Source of the DNA: a virus
Lineage: Duplodnaviria; Caudoviricetes
Strand: one strand, 5' to 3'
DNA length: 57,745 nt
IMG/VR virus record: IMGVR_UViG_3300009506_000036
Location: 1-57,745 of that record
A program made the position numbers and the translations under genes. Within the stretch, counting starts at the first letter, position 1. Every line of letters starts with the position of its first letter. The notes under the pieces are model-generated. The model did no database searches. It had not been told where the DNA came from and saw nothing but the letters and a program-made list of their open reading frames with translations. Below, piece by piece: positions 8,753 through 18,429 of the stretch.

Positions 8753-9625
8753 CTACCTCGGAGGGAAACCTTGAGGCGCTCCGGGAGAGCTTGAGAACCC
8801 GGGCGCGGATCCAGGCAGCGACACGTTCGGAACGGGTTGCTGGTGCGGGGCCGGTTGTCCCTGCCCAGCAGCCGCGATGCGGTCTTCGTTGGCGATGATT
8901 CGAGACAGTGCGTCCCCAGGGAAGTGAATCGCCAGGACTTCGGGAGAGAGGATGTTGGGCAGCTCACGCGCGGGGACGACTCGCACCCAGTTGGCCCGGG
9001 TGAAGGGGGCTCCCGCACGGGTAGTGATCTGCGTGTAGTTCACTTCCACGAACATTCCGGCGTAGGGTTGTCCGGGACCGATGACGGCTTCGACGTGCTG
9101 GGCAAGCGACCGTCCCTCGGCTTGCAGAGCTTGCATGAGACCTTCGGGGGTCATGCCCTCCATGGCCGCGATGAAGCCCTTGATGTTGCCGAGGGTGGAC
9201 TGGTGCCGCATGTTGAAGGAGTAGCTGATCTCAGCACCGTCAGCGTGTCCGACCTTGCCGTGTTGATGGGCTTCGGCGACGGACAGGGCCCTGAGGACCG
9301 TTTGCTCGATGATGATGAGGATGTTGCGCGCTTGAGTGTCCTTGCGCTTGATGCAGTTGATACGGACGATGTAGCGCCCCGGGTCGGCCCAGACGGAAGA
9401 CTGGAAGGTCTGGGCATCGTCGATACCTGCGAAGAGCCCTTGTCCGGCACCCGGCTGAGGACCAGTCGGGTAGGGCTGTCCTGGGGGAGGATAGCCACCC
9501 GGCGCGGGGGCAGGGTAGCCTCCCGGAGGCGCAGGGGCGGGCCATCCGCCAGGGTAGGGCTGGGCAGGGTACTGTTGGCCCGGAGCGGGCTGGTTCGGTT
9601 GCGGTTGGTAAGGAGGGTAAGTCAT
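8753..9625 (-). CDS. Putative single-stranded DNA-binding protein with Pro/Gly/Tyr/Gln-rich termini
   Basis: Lies between polymerase and helicase; beta-rich core (PGRYIVRI ... FTRANW) resembling phage OB-fold SSBs. Confidence 0.55.
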   Translation of the reverse strand: MTYPPYQPQPNQPAPGQQYPAQPYPGGWPAPAPPGGYPAPAPGGYPPPGQPYPTGPQPGAGQGLFAGIDDAQTFQSSVWADPGRYIVRINCIKRKDTQARNILIIIEQTVLRALSVAEAHQHGKVGHADGAEISYSFNMRHQSTLGNIKGFIAAMEGMTPEGLMQALQAEGRSLAQHVEAVIGPGQPYAGMFVEVNYTQITTRAGAPFTRANWVRVVPARELPNILSPEVLAIHFPGDALSRIIANEDRIAAAGQGQPAPHQQPVPNVSLPGSAPGFSSSPGAPQGFPPR

Positions 9626-9723
9626 GTCTAGTTCTAGGGGTCAAGGTTGGAAAATGGTGCGCGAGCACCGAGGTGGTATTGGACCACCCCCAGGAGGGGG
9701 TGATCAACAGAAAACCGTGAAAA

Positions 9724-11907
9724 CTAGGAGAACTTCTCGTTGAGGAACTCCTGCTGTTCACGGGTGAGCTGATGGTTCTGGAACCCACGCTCCCGAAGCA
9801 CCTCTGAAGGGAAGATAATGGGCAGAGGATCGTACCCTGCGTACACCAGCTTCTGGCGGTTGCCGGTGGACTGGTGGATGTACAAGGCATCGTTCAGGCA
9901 GGCCGCGAAGTTGAGGGAGTCAAACTCCGTCGTGGTGTTGATCTGAGGCAACAGCTCGTCAGCCTCCTGGCCGTTCCTGTGGGTCCTTCCCAGCACCTGC
10001 TCAGCCACGATAGCTGGGCGAGGCCACTGCACGTAGTACGTGTGCTCGAAGTGCTGGAGGTTTTTGCCAGTGCCGTGGGCAGTGATCGAGGCAATGATCA
10101 AGCGATCAGCGTTGGCTGGATCGAGGATGCGCTTGGATCCTGCGGCACCGGCATGACAGTGAACGGGATCAAGTCCCATGGACTTGCCCATCTCGGTGAG
10201 CCAGTCGCCGATGCCATTGTTGTGATACCAGATGATCTTCCCACCGGATATCCCGGAAGCCCAGACGAGAGCGTTGCGCACCTTGTAGTCACAGAGACGC
10301 ACGACCCTGGACATGCGCTCAGGCATCCCTTCGACTTCCATCCCCTTGGCGGTAGCCCACAGATCGTACAGATCGATCGGCACGTTTGCGCTTCCGTATC
10401 TGGCCATGTTGCTCTCGACGCTCAGGGGAGTATCGAGACCTGGAACGGAGTTCTCTTGCAAGAACCTCCTGAGCATCCTGGCGAAAGCCTGACGCGCTTC
10501 GTGGTGAGCCTTGGCTGCTCTGATGAGGTCGGCTGCTTCGGACTCTCCAACGCCGACTCGTTTAGCGAAGGGCTCGACCTCTGGCCAGATCAGCTCGTTG
10601 TAGAACCCAGCGGTCAGCTCGAAGTTCCACTTGAAGGTATGGATAGCATGCTCGATCTCATCGCCGTTCGGTGTAATCCAGGCGTCGTTGACCTGGGCCA
10701 TGAGCTGCTCAACACGGTTCCACCCTTCGTACCCTTGGTAGTTCTCGATCGGTCGTGTCTGAATCGTGAGAGACGTTCCAATCTCGGTGTCCCCGGTGGC
10801 GGCGACTCCGGGGGCAGTCGCCAGTCGGAGCTTGAAGGCCTTCCTGAAACCTGCCTTGCTGAAGGGAATGTCCACGTCGTAGAACCAGTTGAGCGCCCAG
10901 TCAACAAGAGGCCGGATGGGACCAGTCGAGGCCTCGTCAGGCTCGAACTGCGAGTTGGCATCGATGACAGATGCCCACCCTTTGGCCAGCATCACTTGCT
11001 TCGGAAGTGGGCTGTTGCTACCCAAAGCCACACCGATCAGGTGGTGATAGTCCATGATCGACTTGGCAGTCACCGTACCACTCATGGCCACAAGCTCAGG
11101 CTCAGTGTCACGGTCGTGGATCCAGTTGAACAATCGCTTGGTTCTCGTGGTATCACGATTCTTCAACATGTGGGCTTCGTCCGCGATGATCAACTCGGGA
11201 TCGATCATGTTGAGCAGGCCAGGTTTCTCGATCTCCGTACCGTCCTTCATCTTCTCGGTCACCGTGATGGTGTCTTTCGTGGACAGCTGAGAGTAGGGCA
11301 TGATGTAACACCCTACCTTGCCACTGTTGGCGATCTGCTTACGTTGCAGCATCGTCTTTCCGTAGAGCGAGATGAACGGGACCGTGAGCAGGACTCGTCT
11401 GCGTGCCCACCCTATGTCTGTCTTGAGCAGTTGAGGGCACACGTTCGGCGGGATCAACATCAGGCTCTTCCTGATGCCCTTGCGAAAGGCGATCTCTGCG
11501 ACCATCAGAGCCACCATGGTCTTCCCCCAGCCCACGCCGATTGGACCGAACAGTCCACCGAAGCGCATGTAGTTGAGGATTGCCTCGGCCTGGATGTCGA
11601 AGAACCGCCATCCCTTCTCCCACTGGTCGGCATTGATGAACATCTTACCGAACGCTTCGGTCTCCTCAGGCGAGAGTCCATGGTCGATCGGGAGTTCACA
11701 GATGCGCTGAATTTCAGCGTACTCACCGAGTTTCTTCTTGGTGAGCGAAGCGACGGCAGTGCGTACCTGGATCTTGGTACCTAGCAAAGGGACAGCGTTT
11801 GGTCCCTGAGCAGGCTCAGGAACAGCTACCTGAGGGAGGGAGACAGGAGGGCCCGGTAGCGCCTCAGCAGCCTGCATCCTCGCGTTGAGTCGTTCTGAGA
11901 GTGTCAT
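9724..11907 (-). CDS. SF2 (SNF2-like) helicase
   Basis: GVGWGKT, DEAH, SGT, GTGKNLQ, EQVLGRTHRNGQ. Confidence 0.92.
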   Translation of the reverse strand: MTLSERLNARMQAAEALPGPPVSLPQVAVPEPAQGPNAVPLLGTKIQVRTAVASLTKKKLGEYAEIQRICELPIDHGLSPEETEAFGKMFINADQWEKGWRFFDIQAEAILNYMRFGGLFGPIGVGWGKTMVALMVAEIAFRKGIRKSLMLIPPNVCPQLLKTDIGWARRRVLLTVPFISLYGKTMLQRKQIANSGKVGCYIMPYSQLSTKDTITVTEKMKDGTEIEKPGLLNMIDPELIIADEAHMLKNRDTTRTKRLFNWIHDRDTEPELVAMSGTVTAKSIMDYHHLIGVALGSNSPLPKQVMLAKGWASVIDANSQFEPDEASTGPIRPLVDWALNWFYDVDIPFSKAGFRKAFKLRLATAPGVAATGDTEIGTSLTIQTRPIENYQGYEGWNRVEQLMAQVNDAWITPNGDEIEHAIHTFKWNFELTAGFYNELIWPEVEPFAKRVGVGESEAADLIRAAKAHHEARQAFARMLRRFLQENSVPGLDTPLSVESNMARYGSANVPIDLYDLWATAKGMEVEGMPERMSRVVRLCDYKVRNALVWASGISGGKIIWYHNNGIGDWLTEMGKSMGLDPVHCHAGAAGSKRILDPANADRLIIASITAHGTGKNLQHFEHTYYVQWPRPAIVAEQVLGRTHRNGQEADELLPQINTTTEFDSLNFAACLNDALYIHQSTGNRQKLVYAGYDPLPIIFPSEVLRERGFQNHQLTREQQEFLNEKFS

Positions 11908-12082
11908 GTCTAGTTCTAGTGGCTATCGTCATGGTCTTGCTACTGTTGAACGTCCGTAACCATTGCAACAAGGCAGCACGATCTCCTGCCGGGGTCTGGT
12001 GGTACATACGTTTCACGGAGCGAAAGGACATACCGGAATGAGACGCTGCTTCGCGCAGCTCACGGATCGTTGTCTTCTTCAT
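11864..12082 (-). CDS. Small hypothetical protein
   Basis: MKKTTIRELREAA start fills the gap between helicase and nuclease. Confidence 0.4.
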   Translation of the reverse strand: MKKTTIRELREAASHSGMSFRSVKRMYHQTPAGDRAALLQWLRTFNSSKTMTIATRTRHDTLRTTQREDAGC

Positions 12083-12134
12083 CGGGGAAGATTGGGGGAC
12101 ACCCTTGCCAAGGTGTCCCCCTCCCACTACCACA

Positions 12135-14141
12135 TCAGACGACCTTGGCCTCGATGACCTCAGTGGCCAACGGGCGAAGCGCACTGATGAAGCTGGTGAC
12201 TTCGGGATCGGAAGCGACTCCGACGGCCAATGCATTGGCCGGGAACTCCTTGTCGATGATGTACCCGATCGACGCCGCCATCGCATCACGCCGCTCCCAG
12301 ACATCGAGCTTGTAGTAGCTCTCGGCCTTCCGTGCAGACACCAGCATCTCGGCATACTTACCGAACAGCTGGTTGAGGTCCACGACTTTCCGAGAAGTCG
12401 CAAACTTCGTAGAGGTGGTGTTGATGTACAACACGAAGGCTTTGGCTTTCCCGTTGTCGGGCGAGTCTTTCGCCTCGGGCTGCTCGACCGGAGCCGAGGT
12501 GTGGACGAAACCAGCGACCTGGGTGGTCCCGGTCGTCTGAGTCGGCTGGGGCTGCGCTATGGGTTGCTGAGGAGCCGGGGCGGGGAAGGTCGGGGCCGAA
12601 GTCGGGCCCGGCTGAGGCTGCGGCTGCATCGGCATGGGAAAGCCAGGGGCCGAAGTCGGCTGGGGCTGCTGCGCCACAGGAGCCGCTGTCGCGGCCTGGG
12701 GCTGCGCAGGAGCCTCCAGCGTTTGGACCGTGGCGTTGGGGGCCATCTTGTGGACGACGCCTGAGAGGGGCGCTCCGAGGCCCTGGATGGCTGCCTGGTA
12801 CTCGGGTCGGACCTGGTAGGTGATCCCACCCTGCCCATCCGGCAGTACCTGGTACATCCCGGAGGTGATCCCCCTGGCCTGGGCCTGGTTGCCGTCACAG
12901 ATGCGGCAGGGCTCGCCCTGGGTGTTGAGTCCGGGGTGGGGGCCGGTGCTGCAGGCCGTGCAGCCCGGGAAAGCCCACGGGGCCGCGTTGCCAGGAGGCA
13001 TCTGGGCGACCGCCGGGGGGTTGAGAGAAACGGGAGCCGCTGCAGCAGGCGGGATGCCCGGAGGAGCGGAAGGGGGAGTGGCGCCAGTGCCTTGCGAGAG
13101 AATTCCCATGGGGTTCCTTCTGAGAGTAGGGGTTGTGAGGGCTGGAGTAGTTTGTTGTAGCTGAGGAGCAGACCCTTGTCCAGCGTGCATCCGCAAAACA
13201 AGTTCCATCTGCTGCCTGTGATTTTCCAGGGTGGTGCAGCCATTGCAGACCGGCAGCATCGAGCAGCCTCCATAGGCCCCACAGGCTCCTTCGGAGGGCT
13301 CACCAGCGTGCTCGAAGCTGTTCCGGTTCAGCACCTGGATCATCCGCCTGGCGATCAGTTGTGCCCGCCGCCAGACGTTGTCGATGTGCTCTCTGAGCAT
13401 CGTTGCCTTCGTCTCGCGGATGACCTGCTGAGCAGGGTCCTTCGAGAAGACGGTGTGGTACACGTCGATGTGATCGGGGACAGCACCACCAGCCTTGACA
13501 GCATCGATGATTTTGACCCCGGAGTAGATGCCCATCTGCATGTTGTCCAGGAGCTGTTTGGCGCTCTTGGCGTACCGCATGTTCTTCGCTGTTTTCCAGT
13601 CCCTGACAGAGTCAGGCAGGTCGACATCGATCACACCGCAGACGTTGATCGTCCACCCGTTCTCCACGAGTAGTGTGACAGGAGGTTGCTCAGGGAAGCC
13701 GAAGCGACGTTCGACCTTGCGACCTGGCCACCTGGCAATCTTCCCTTCCTCAAAGGCCTTGTCGATCAAGATGCGGATGAGGTTCTGCTGCTCGTTAGTG
13801 AGCACCACAGTCCCTCCGTCTCGCTCCTTGACGATGTGCCAGTCTTCAGGGTAGAGGTTGACAGGGTCACCACACCGTTGTCCGATCAGCGCTCCTGACT
13901 CAATGATCCGGATCACTCCTGGCTCAGTGACCTTCACGATCTGTGAAGCACTGGTGAAGTCAGGAACACGACCCAGGTCGTCTGCTAGGAGGAACCGTTC
14001 GCACACCGCATGCAACGCGGTGCCGAAGGCAAGGAAGTCCTTGGGGGGCTCTGGGATCTTCAGAACCTTGTCCGCGAACCACTTCTTCGGGCAGAGATCG
14101 AAGGTCTCAAGACCCGATGGGCTTGTGAGGTGTAGCTGCAT
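12135..14141 (-). CDS. PD-(D/E)xK Cas4/RecB-like exonuclease with extra Zn-finger, Pro/Gln linker and C-terminal domain
   Basis: SPSGLETFDLCPKKW, GTALHAVCE, GVID...DWKT, QMGIY, CGAYGGC...C. Confidence 0.85.
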   Translation of the reverse strand: MQLHLTSPSGLETFDLCPKKWFADKVLKIPEPPKDFLAFGTALHAVCERFLLADDLGRVPDFTSASQIVKVTEPGVIRIIESGALIGQRCGDPVNLYPEDWHIVKERDGGTVVLTNEQQNLIRILIDKAFEEGKIARWPGRKVERRFGFPEQPPVTLLVENGWTINVCGVIDVDLPDSVRDWKTAKNMRYAKSAKQLLDNMQMGIYSGVKIIDAVKAGGAVPDHIDVYHTVFSKDPAQQVIRETKATMLREHIDNVWRRAQLIARRMIQVLNRNSFEHAGEPSEGACGAYGGCSMLPVCNGCTTLENHRQQMELVLRMHAGQGSAPQLQQTTPALTTPTLRRNPMGILSQGTGATPPSAPPGIPPAAAAPVSLNPPAVAQMPPGNAAPWAFPGCTACSTGPHPGLNTQGEPCRICDGNQAQARGITSGMYQVLPDGQGGITYQVRPEYQAAIQGLGAPLSGVVHKMAPNATVQTLEAPAQPQAATAAPVAQQPQPTSAPGFPMPMQPQPQPGPTSAPTFPAPAPQQPIAQPQPTQTTGTTQVAGFVHTSAPVEQPEAKDSPDNGKAKAFVLYINTTSTKFATSRKVVDLNQLFGKYAEMLVSARKAESYYKLDVWERRDAMAASIGYIIDKEFPANALAVGVASDPEVTSFISALRPLATEVIEAKVV

Positions 14142-14391
14142 CGATGTGCTTCTTGATCTTATCCAACATGATCCCGGCAGGATCACCCTTGAAGTGTGCT
14201 ATTTCAGTGAGCGACATTCTCACCTTCAAGCACAAGATGTCACCTTCGTCAGCAGCTGACAGCATGTGATCTTCTTGACCTGCTTCGTACGCTTCTCTGA
14301 CCAACCTCTCTGCAGCAGCTACAGACAGGGTCTTGCTCATGTACTTGGAAGGATCCAAGTCAGCAAGGATCGCGAAAATAGTCCTGGTCAT
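14107..14391 (-). CDS. Hypothetical protein
   Basis: 94 aa; coupled to neighbours. Confidence 0.6.
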   Translation of the reverse strand: MTRTIFAILADLDPSKYMSKTLSVAAAERLVREAYEAGQEDHMLSAADEGDILCLKVRMSLTEIAHFKGDPAGIMLDKIKKHIDAATPHKPIGS

Positions 14392-14579
14392 GACTGAGGT
14401 CTCTTGCCGAGTTTGGTCAGCTGCAAGGAGGCCTTGCAGTACTCGACTATGTTGCGGAGCAGCTCCATGTACTGCTCATCGTCAAGTCCTTCAGCACCTT
14501 TCTTGAGCTGAGTGATGGTGTCGCGGAGCACGATGTCTTCGCGGGACATCGGCTCTCTGTACTTACGTCTGGTTGCCAC
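14388..14579 (-). CDS. Hypothetical protein
   Basis: 63 aa; overlaps neighbours. Confidence 0.55.
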   Translation of the reverse strand: MATRRKYREPMSREDIVLRDTITQLKKGAEGLDDEQYMELLRNIVEYCKASLQLTKLGKRPQS

Positions 14580-17238
14580 TTGCCCACATCTCCTGTACTC
14601 TTTGTACGGTTGTTTCTGTTTGGGTCTCTAGTAACTCTTGCCTGCTGGCTAACGCTTCCAGTCTAGGGCAGCGGAAGCCGAATTCAACAGCCTCCAGATA
14701 GAGAGTCTTGGTATCGACTTCTCTCCACCTGGCTCGTTGTGTGCCCCCATCGGGGGTAGGCAACGATCTCACGTTGCCCACATAGGCATCGTCGTTCACT
14801 GCCTGGAGGCCTCTAAGCACCTTGGACACAATGACCACTGTAAGGTCACCCTTGCGAGTTGCGGTAGCTATGAAGTCCCGGAAGTATTCGACGATCCCCT
14901 GGGCAGTCACAAACACTCTTCCGTCGTAGATGGTGTACCCATACTTCTTCGGGTTGGTATCGATCATCTTGATCAAGCATTCTACGACCAGCGGTGCAGA
15001 TCCACCGCGAGTCACCATGGACATCACCAGGCGATCCTGGATGTTGCCCTCGACCAGGTATCGGTTACCGGCAGGCACCTGGCTCCTGGTCTCGTACAGG
15101 TACCGGAAGTGCTTGGCCAATTTGTACGACCCTGGCGTTCCATTGTCACTACGGATCCACCCCCGAGTGTAGTTGAGTCCACCCATAGAGCGTAGCCACG
15201 CTGCACAACCACGAGGCACCTCGATGTGTACGATGCGCTCTGCGATTGCCCTGCGGTCCTCCGGTGACAGGTCACGGTCTCCTACCAGCTCACCGACCAC
15301 GTCGGTGTTGTTGGCAGTGATTATGATTCGCACCGGGTTGGACACCATCAAGGGAGGTCGGTAGAGGGGCCTCACGCGTATCGGATCGCCGGACACCATC
15401 GAGCGGAACACGTCCGGCAGATCCTGCCCGGACTTGATCCTGTGGATGCCCTCGTTGACCACGATGAGTGGAGTCCGCAGTAGCATGTCACCGAACCCAC
15501 CGAACTCTGCCGAGGTCGCGTAGATTGGATACTGCAAGCTCTCGGCCAGTCCAATCGCCAGCATCTTCTTGCCACAGCCGGGTTCCCCCTTGATGGACAA
15601 TGCCGCGATCGGTCCCTCCTCGAATGCCTGTGCTTGGCCCAACCAATTGCAGAGGAGCTCTACGTTATCTCCTCCCAGATGATTCAGCCAAGATTCAACC
15701 TCTCTTGACCTCTCACTTATCAGGTTCTGTGACCTGAAGTTGATAGGCAAGATCAGTTCTTGCTGCATCTCATTTCCCAGGTGCTCGACGAACGCTTTCG
15801 GTCCTCTCATCATGCACGCTACACGAGGCACCTGAGTGGCGTAGAGGTTCACTACCTTGGACCAGTGCATGTACACCTGTTCGCCACGCTGGTTCATTTC
15901 CGTCACTGGGATCAGTCTGTCCATGCCCAGCTGTTTGATCTTGCTGATCAGGTTCGGGCCGGTGACATTGTCAGGTGTGTAGAACCCATCAGGCTGCATG
16001 ACATGGTACGTACCTCCCTGGACTCCGAGAATCATCTTGTTCTGGATCCACCAATACGCTGACGCATCCCCCTGCAACAGCTCTGGAGCCTTGCACCATG
16101 ATCGCATCCCTTGCAACAGGTTGCCCATCAAGCTGGTCTGCTCCTGTTGCACGTACGCTGTTCGCTTGGCGTCTTCTTCTTCCTCGTGTTTGACCTTGGC
16201 GTCTTCCTTGGCCCAGTAGCTCAGCACAGCTCTCCAGCCTGTCGCTGTGAAGTCTTCCGGGTCGGATGGGTCCTGGGCATTGAGCTGCTGCAGAGCAGTG
16301 TAGAAGAGCGCGTAGATCAGCTCAGGGGTCGTGCCTCTGATGCGACTGGAGTAGAGGACAGCAATGGCCTCACCTACCAGTCGCTGGATCTCACTGTTGC
16401 GAGAGCCCTTGTCAGCGATGGGGGCTTCCTTGAAGATCACCTCGTAGCACTGTCGTCCGGCCAGTGCCTTCTTCACAGCCTTGGCCCAGTAGGTGAGTAC
16501 TTCTCTCCCGTTGTCGGGGTTGATTTCGTGCAGCGCCTGCAGAGTCCACTGCGGCTCTGGCTGAGGAAGTGACAGTTGCTCGACGTTGGAGTACTTGTGA
16601 GTGACGGAGGTCTCGCATGGAGTGATCGAGTAGGGGTCCAGAGTCACCCCGGTCTGCACGAGCAGTTCATAGTAGTCCTCCGACCAGGTGGCTACCCCAT
16701 CTCGCATCACCTGGGGCATGCGGTACAGCCTGGTCCAGTCATGGACCGGGTCAGTGACGATGCCGTAGGCAGCGAAGTCCCTGGCGATTCCTCGCATGAT
16801 ACCTTCAGCCATCTCCACGGTGACGGGTTCAGAGAGCACGTATCCGAACCTCGCACCACCACGAGTGTAGTAGAAGAACGACCACTTCACCGTCAGGTCG
16901 AACTGGGCATCGGCAGCTTCCAGAAGAGATCGCTCGAAGGAGTCCTTGTCTTGCTTCGTCCAAGCACTGTGGCCAGGTCGGTCGTAATCCACCATGACGA
17001 CGGTGGTCTTCACGTCGTATCCGGCCTCACGTAGCCAGGAGAGAGCAGGCTTGGTCACACGCCTCGGAGGGATCTGTTCACCTCCGTAGTAGAGCTGGTA
17101 CGTGAAGCAGTGCGCGTCCGTAGCGAACTGAGTCGACAGAGCTTGCGTCACCTCCATGCAGATGTGAGGTGACGCAGTGAGATCCTTGTACTCCTTGACT
17201 CCGGGAACGAACTTGTCAGGAACGATTCCTAGGTGCAT
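14563..17238 (-). CDS. Primase-helicase (AEP-like primase, PriCT-like domain, SF3-type P-loop)
   Basis: VMVDYD, YYTRGGAR, DWTRLYRMP, GSRN; GEPGCGK, IVVNE, IIITANN. Confidence 0.82.
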   Translation of the reverse strand: MHLGIVPDKFVPGVKEYKDLTASPHICMEVTQALSTQFATDAHCFTYQLYYGGEQIPPRRVTKPALSWLREAGYDVKTTVVMVDYDRPGHSAWTKQDKDSFERSLLEAADAQFDLTVKWSFFYYTRGGARFGYVLSEPVTVEMAEGIMRGIARDFAAYGIVTDPVHDWTRLYRMPQVMRDGVATWSEDYYELLVQTGVTLDPYSITPCETSVTHKYSNVEQLSLPQPEPQWTLQALHEINPDNGREVLTYWAKAVKKALAGRQCYEVIFKEAPIADKGSRNSEIQRLVGEAIAVLYSSRIRGTTPELIYALFYTALQQLNAQDPSDPEDFTATGWRAVLSYWAKEDAKVKHEEEEDAKRTAYVQQEQTSLMGNLLQGMRSWCKAPELLQGDASAYWWIQNKMILGVQGGTYHVMQPDGFYTPDNVTGPNLISKIKQLGMDRLIPVTEMNQRGEQVYMHWSKVVNLYATQVPRVACMMRGPKAFVEHLGNEMQQELILPINFRSQNLISERSREVESWLNHLGGDNVELLCNWLGQAQAFEEGPIAALSIKGEPGCGKKMLAIGLAESLQYPIYATSAEFGGFGDMLLRTPLIVVNEGIHRIKSGQDLPDVFRSMVSGDPIRVRPLYRPPLMVSNPVRIIITANNTDVVGELVGDRDLSPEDRRAIAERIVHIEVPRGCAAWLRSMGGLNYTRGWIRSDNGTPGSYKLAKHFRYLYETRSQVPAGNRYLVEGNIQDRLVMSMVTRGGSAPLVVECLIKMIDTNPKKYGYTIYDGRVFVTAQGIVEYFRDFIATATRKGDLTVVIVSKVLRGLQAVNDDAYVGNVRSLPTPDGGTQRARWREVDTKTLYLEAVEFGFRCPRLEALASRQELLETQTETTVQRVQEMWASGNQT

Positions 17239-17350
17239 GGTCGAAGTCAGGGTGGTCAGGACAGTGAGCAGGGTTGTGCAGGGCTGCAATGACAAACAGG
17301 AAGAGCCCTAGCCCTATGAAAGAGCACGCGAGGATGATCATCTGCTTCTC

Positions 17351-17560
17351 CTAGGTTGGGAATGTTGGTAGTGGCTTGCCATCGAGGAGCACCGTCCCCT
17401 TGATCACAGGGGGACGGTGCTCCTCGGGGTAGCGAAGGTCGGCGTACTCCTTGAAACTGACCTTAGCGAAGGCTGCTGCCCTCTTGATCGTGTCGGTGCA
17501 GTACTCACAGAATGGATATGCTTCCACCTTGCACCGACGACACCACTTCTTCTCAGTCAT
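17351..17560 (-). CDS. Small Zn-finger-like protein
   Basis: CRRC...CEYC. Confidence 0.6.
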   Translation of the reverse strand: MTEKKWCRRCKVEAYPFCEYCTDTIKRAAAFAKVSFKEYADLRYPEEHRPPVIKGTVLLDGKPLPTFPT

Positions 17561-17765
17561 TGTCCGCCATCCTGAGAGTCACAGACGCCTCAGGGGCCAA
17601 CGTGGTGGAACTCTCACCGTGCTGCAGGATGACCTGTTCATCCCTGACAGCTACGATGTCGACGACTGTCCATCCTGTCTTCAGGTGGACCATGTCGCCA
17701 GGTCTGATGTCCTGTGCTGACAGCTGGTGCGCTGTCGTGTACGTCGTTCTGGTTCCAGGTTCCAT
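17553..17765 (-). CDS. Small hypothetical protein (SH3-like beta pattern)
   Basis: AQDIRPGDMV motif. Confidence 0.55.
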   Translation of the reverse strand: MEPGTRTTYTTAHQLSAQDIRPGDMVHLKTGWTVVDIVAVRDEQVILQHGESSTTLAPEASVTLRMADND

Positions 17766-17825
17766 GGCAAGGATGTGGTAGGGGTCTGATAGTGAACAGG
17801 CGAGCGTATCCCTCGCCGGTAGAAA

Positions 17826-17855
17826 GCGCCAGGGGATTGTCTTGCTCCCTGGCGC
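17826..17855 (-). terminator. Probable intrinsic terminator
   Basis: GCGCCAGGG...CCCTGGCGC stem followed by TTTCT on the minus strand. Confidence 0.55.
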
Positions 17856-17876
17856 AAGCTGCTGGTTTTCCTGGGG

Positions 17877-18068
17877 TTAGCGCCGCAAAAGGTGCCCGTG
17901 GGTCCCGTACTTGAGCTGCGCCCTGCGCATCCTAGAACGGATCCACTTCCAGAGAGAGGGCCGAACCTCCTGCCCCTCCCTCTCCGCGAGGTTGAGGAGA
18001 TCGAGCGCCTCCATCGGGCTGAGTTCCTTGCTCCGTACGCGTTGCTTCAGCTTGCTGATGCTGATCAT
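17877..18068 (-). CDS. Small basic hypothetical protein
   Basis: MISISKLKQR start preceded by AGGAGG. Confidence 0.6.
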   Translation of the reverse strand: MISISKLKQRVRSKELSPMEALDLLNLAEREGQEVRPSLWKWIRSRMRRAQLKYGTHGHLLRR

Positions 18069-18429
18069 CGGAATCCTCCTTGAAGAGGGTGTTGTTGAGG
18101 TGATCACGGCAGTATCTGGCCACTGCATCGGCCAGTCCTCGCTCGACGTACCACTGTTGCTGTATGGCATTCGACATCTCGACGATGCCGGGCCACTCAG
18201 TGCTTACGAACGAGATCGTGCCTTCTCGTCCTGACAGCTTGAGAGCCACTGTCACGACGTAGCGCATGCCACGACCAGCTGCTATGTGCTCATCGTGCCA
18301 TGCCTCCTGGAAGGCCCAGGGACCCTCCAGGCGAATGTCAGCGGAGGGAGGGAGGATGTCCCCCCAGACGCGTACCTCCCGCACCACGTCTCTCCTGCTG
18401 GGAGGTGCTGACCAGGTGTTGCGCTTCAC
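17932..18429 (-). CDS. Hypothetical protein
   Basis: GTG start overlapping the stop at 18426; its 3' end overlaps the next gene extensively. Confidence 0.45.
   Translation of the reverse strand: MKRNTWSAPPSRRDVVREVRVWGDILPPSADIRLEGPWAFQEAWHDEHIAAGRGMRYVVTVALKLSGREGTISFVSTEWPGIVEMSNAIQQQWYVERGLADAVARYCRDHLNNTLFKEDSDDQHQQAEATRTEQGTQPDGGARSPQPRGEGGAGGSALSLEVDPF

Noticed and set aside
7086-11784. Long plus-strand ORFs (530, 264 and 636 aa)
   Set aside because: Antisense shadows of the polymerase, SSB-like and helicase genes in GC-rich DNA; no motifs
12135-14141. CRISPR-associated cas4
   Set aside because: Solo Cas4-like nucleases are common in phage replication modules; no cas1/cas2 or array present
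17780-17880. Possible tRNA or ncRNA
   Set aside because: Only two simple hairpins; no cloverleaf or T-loop
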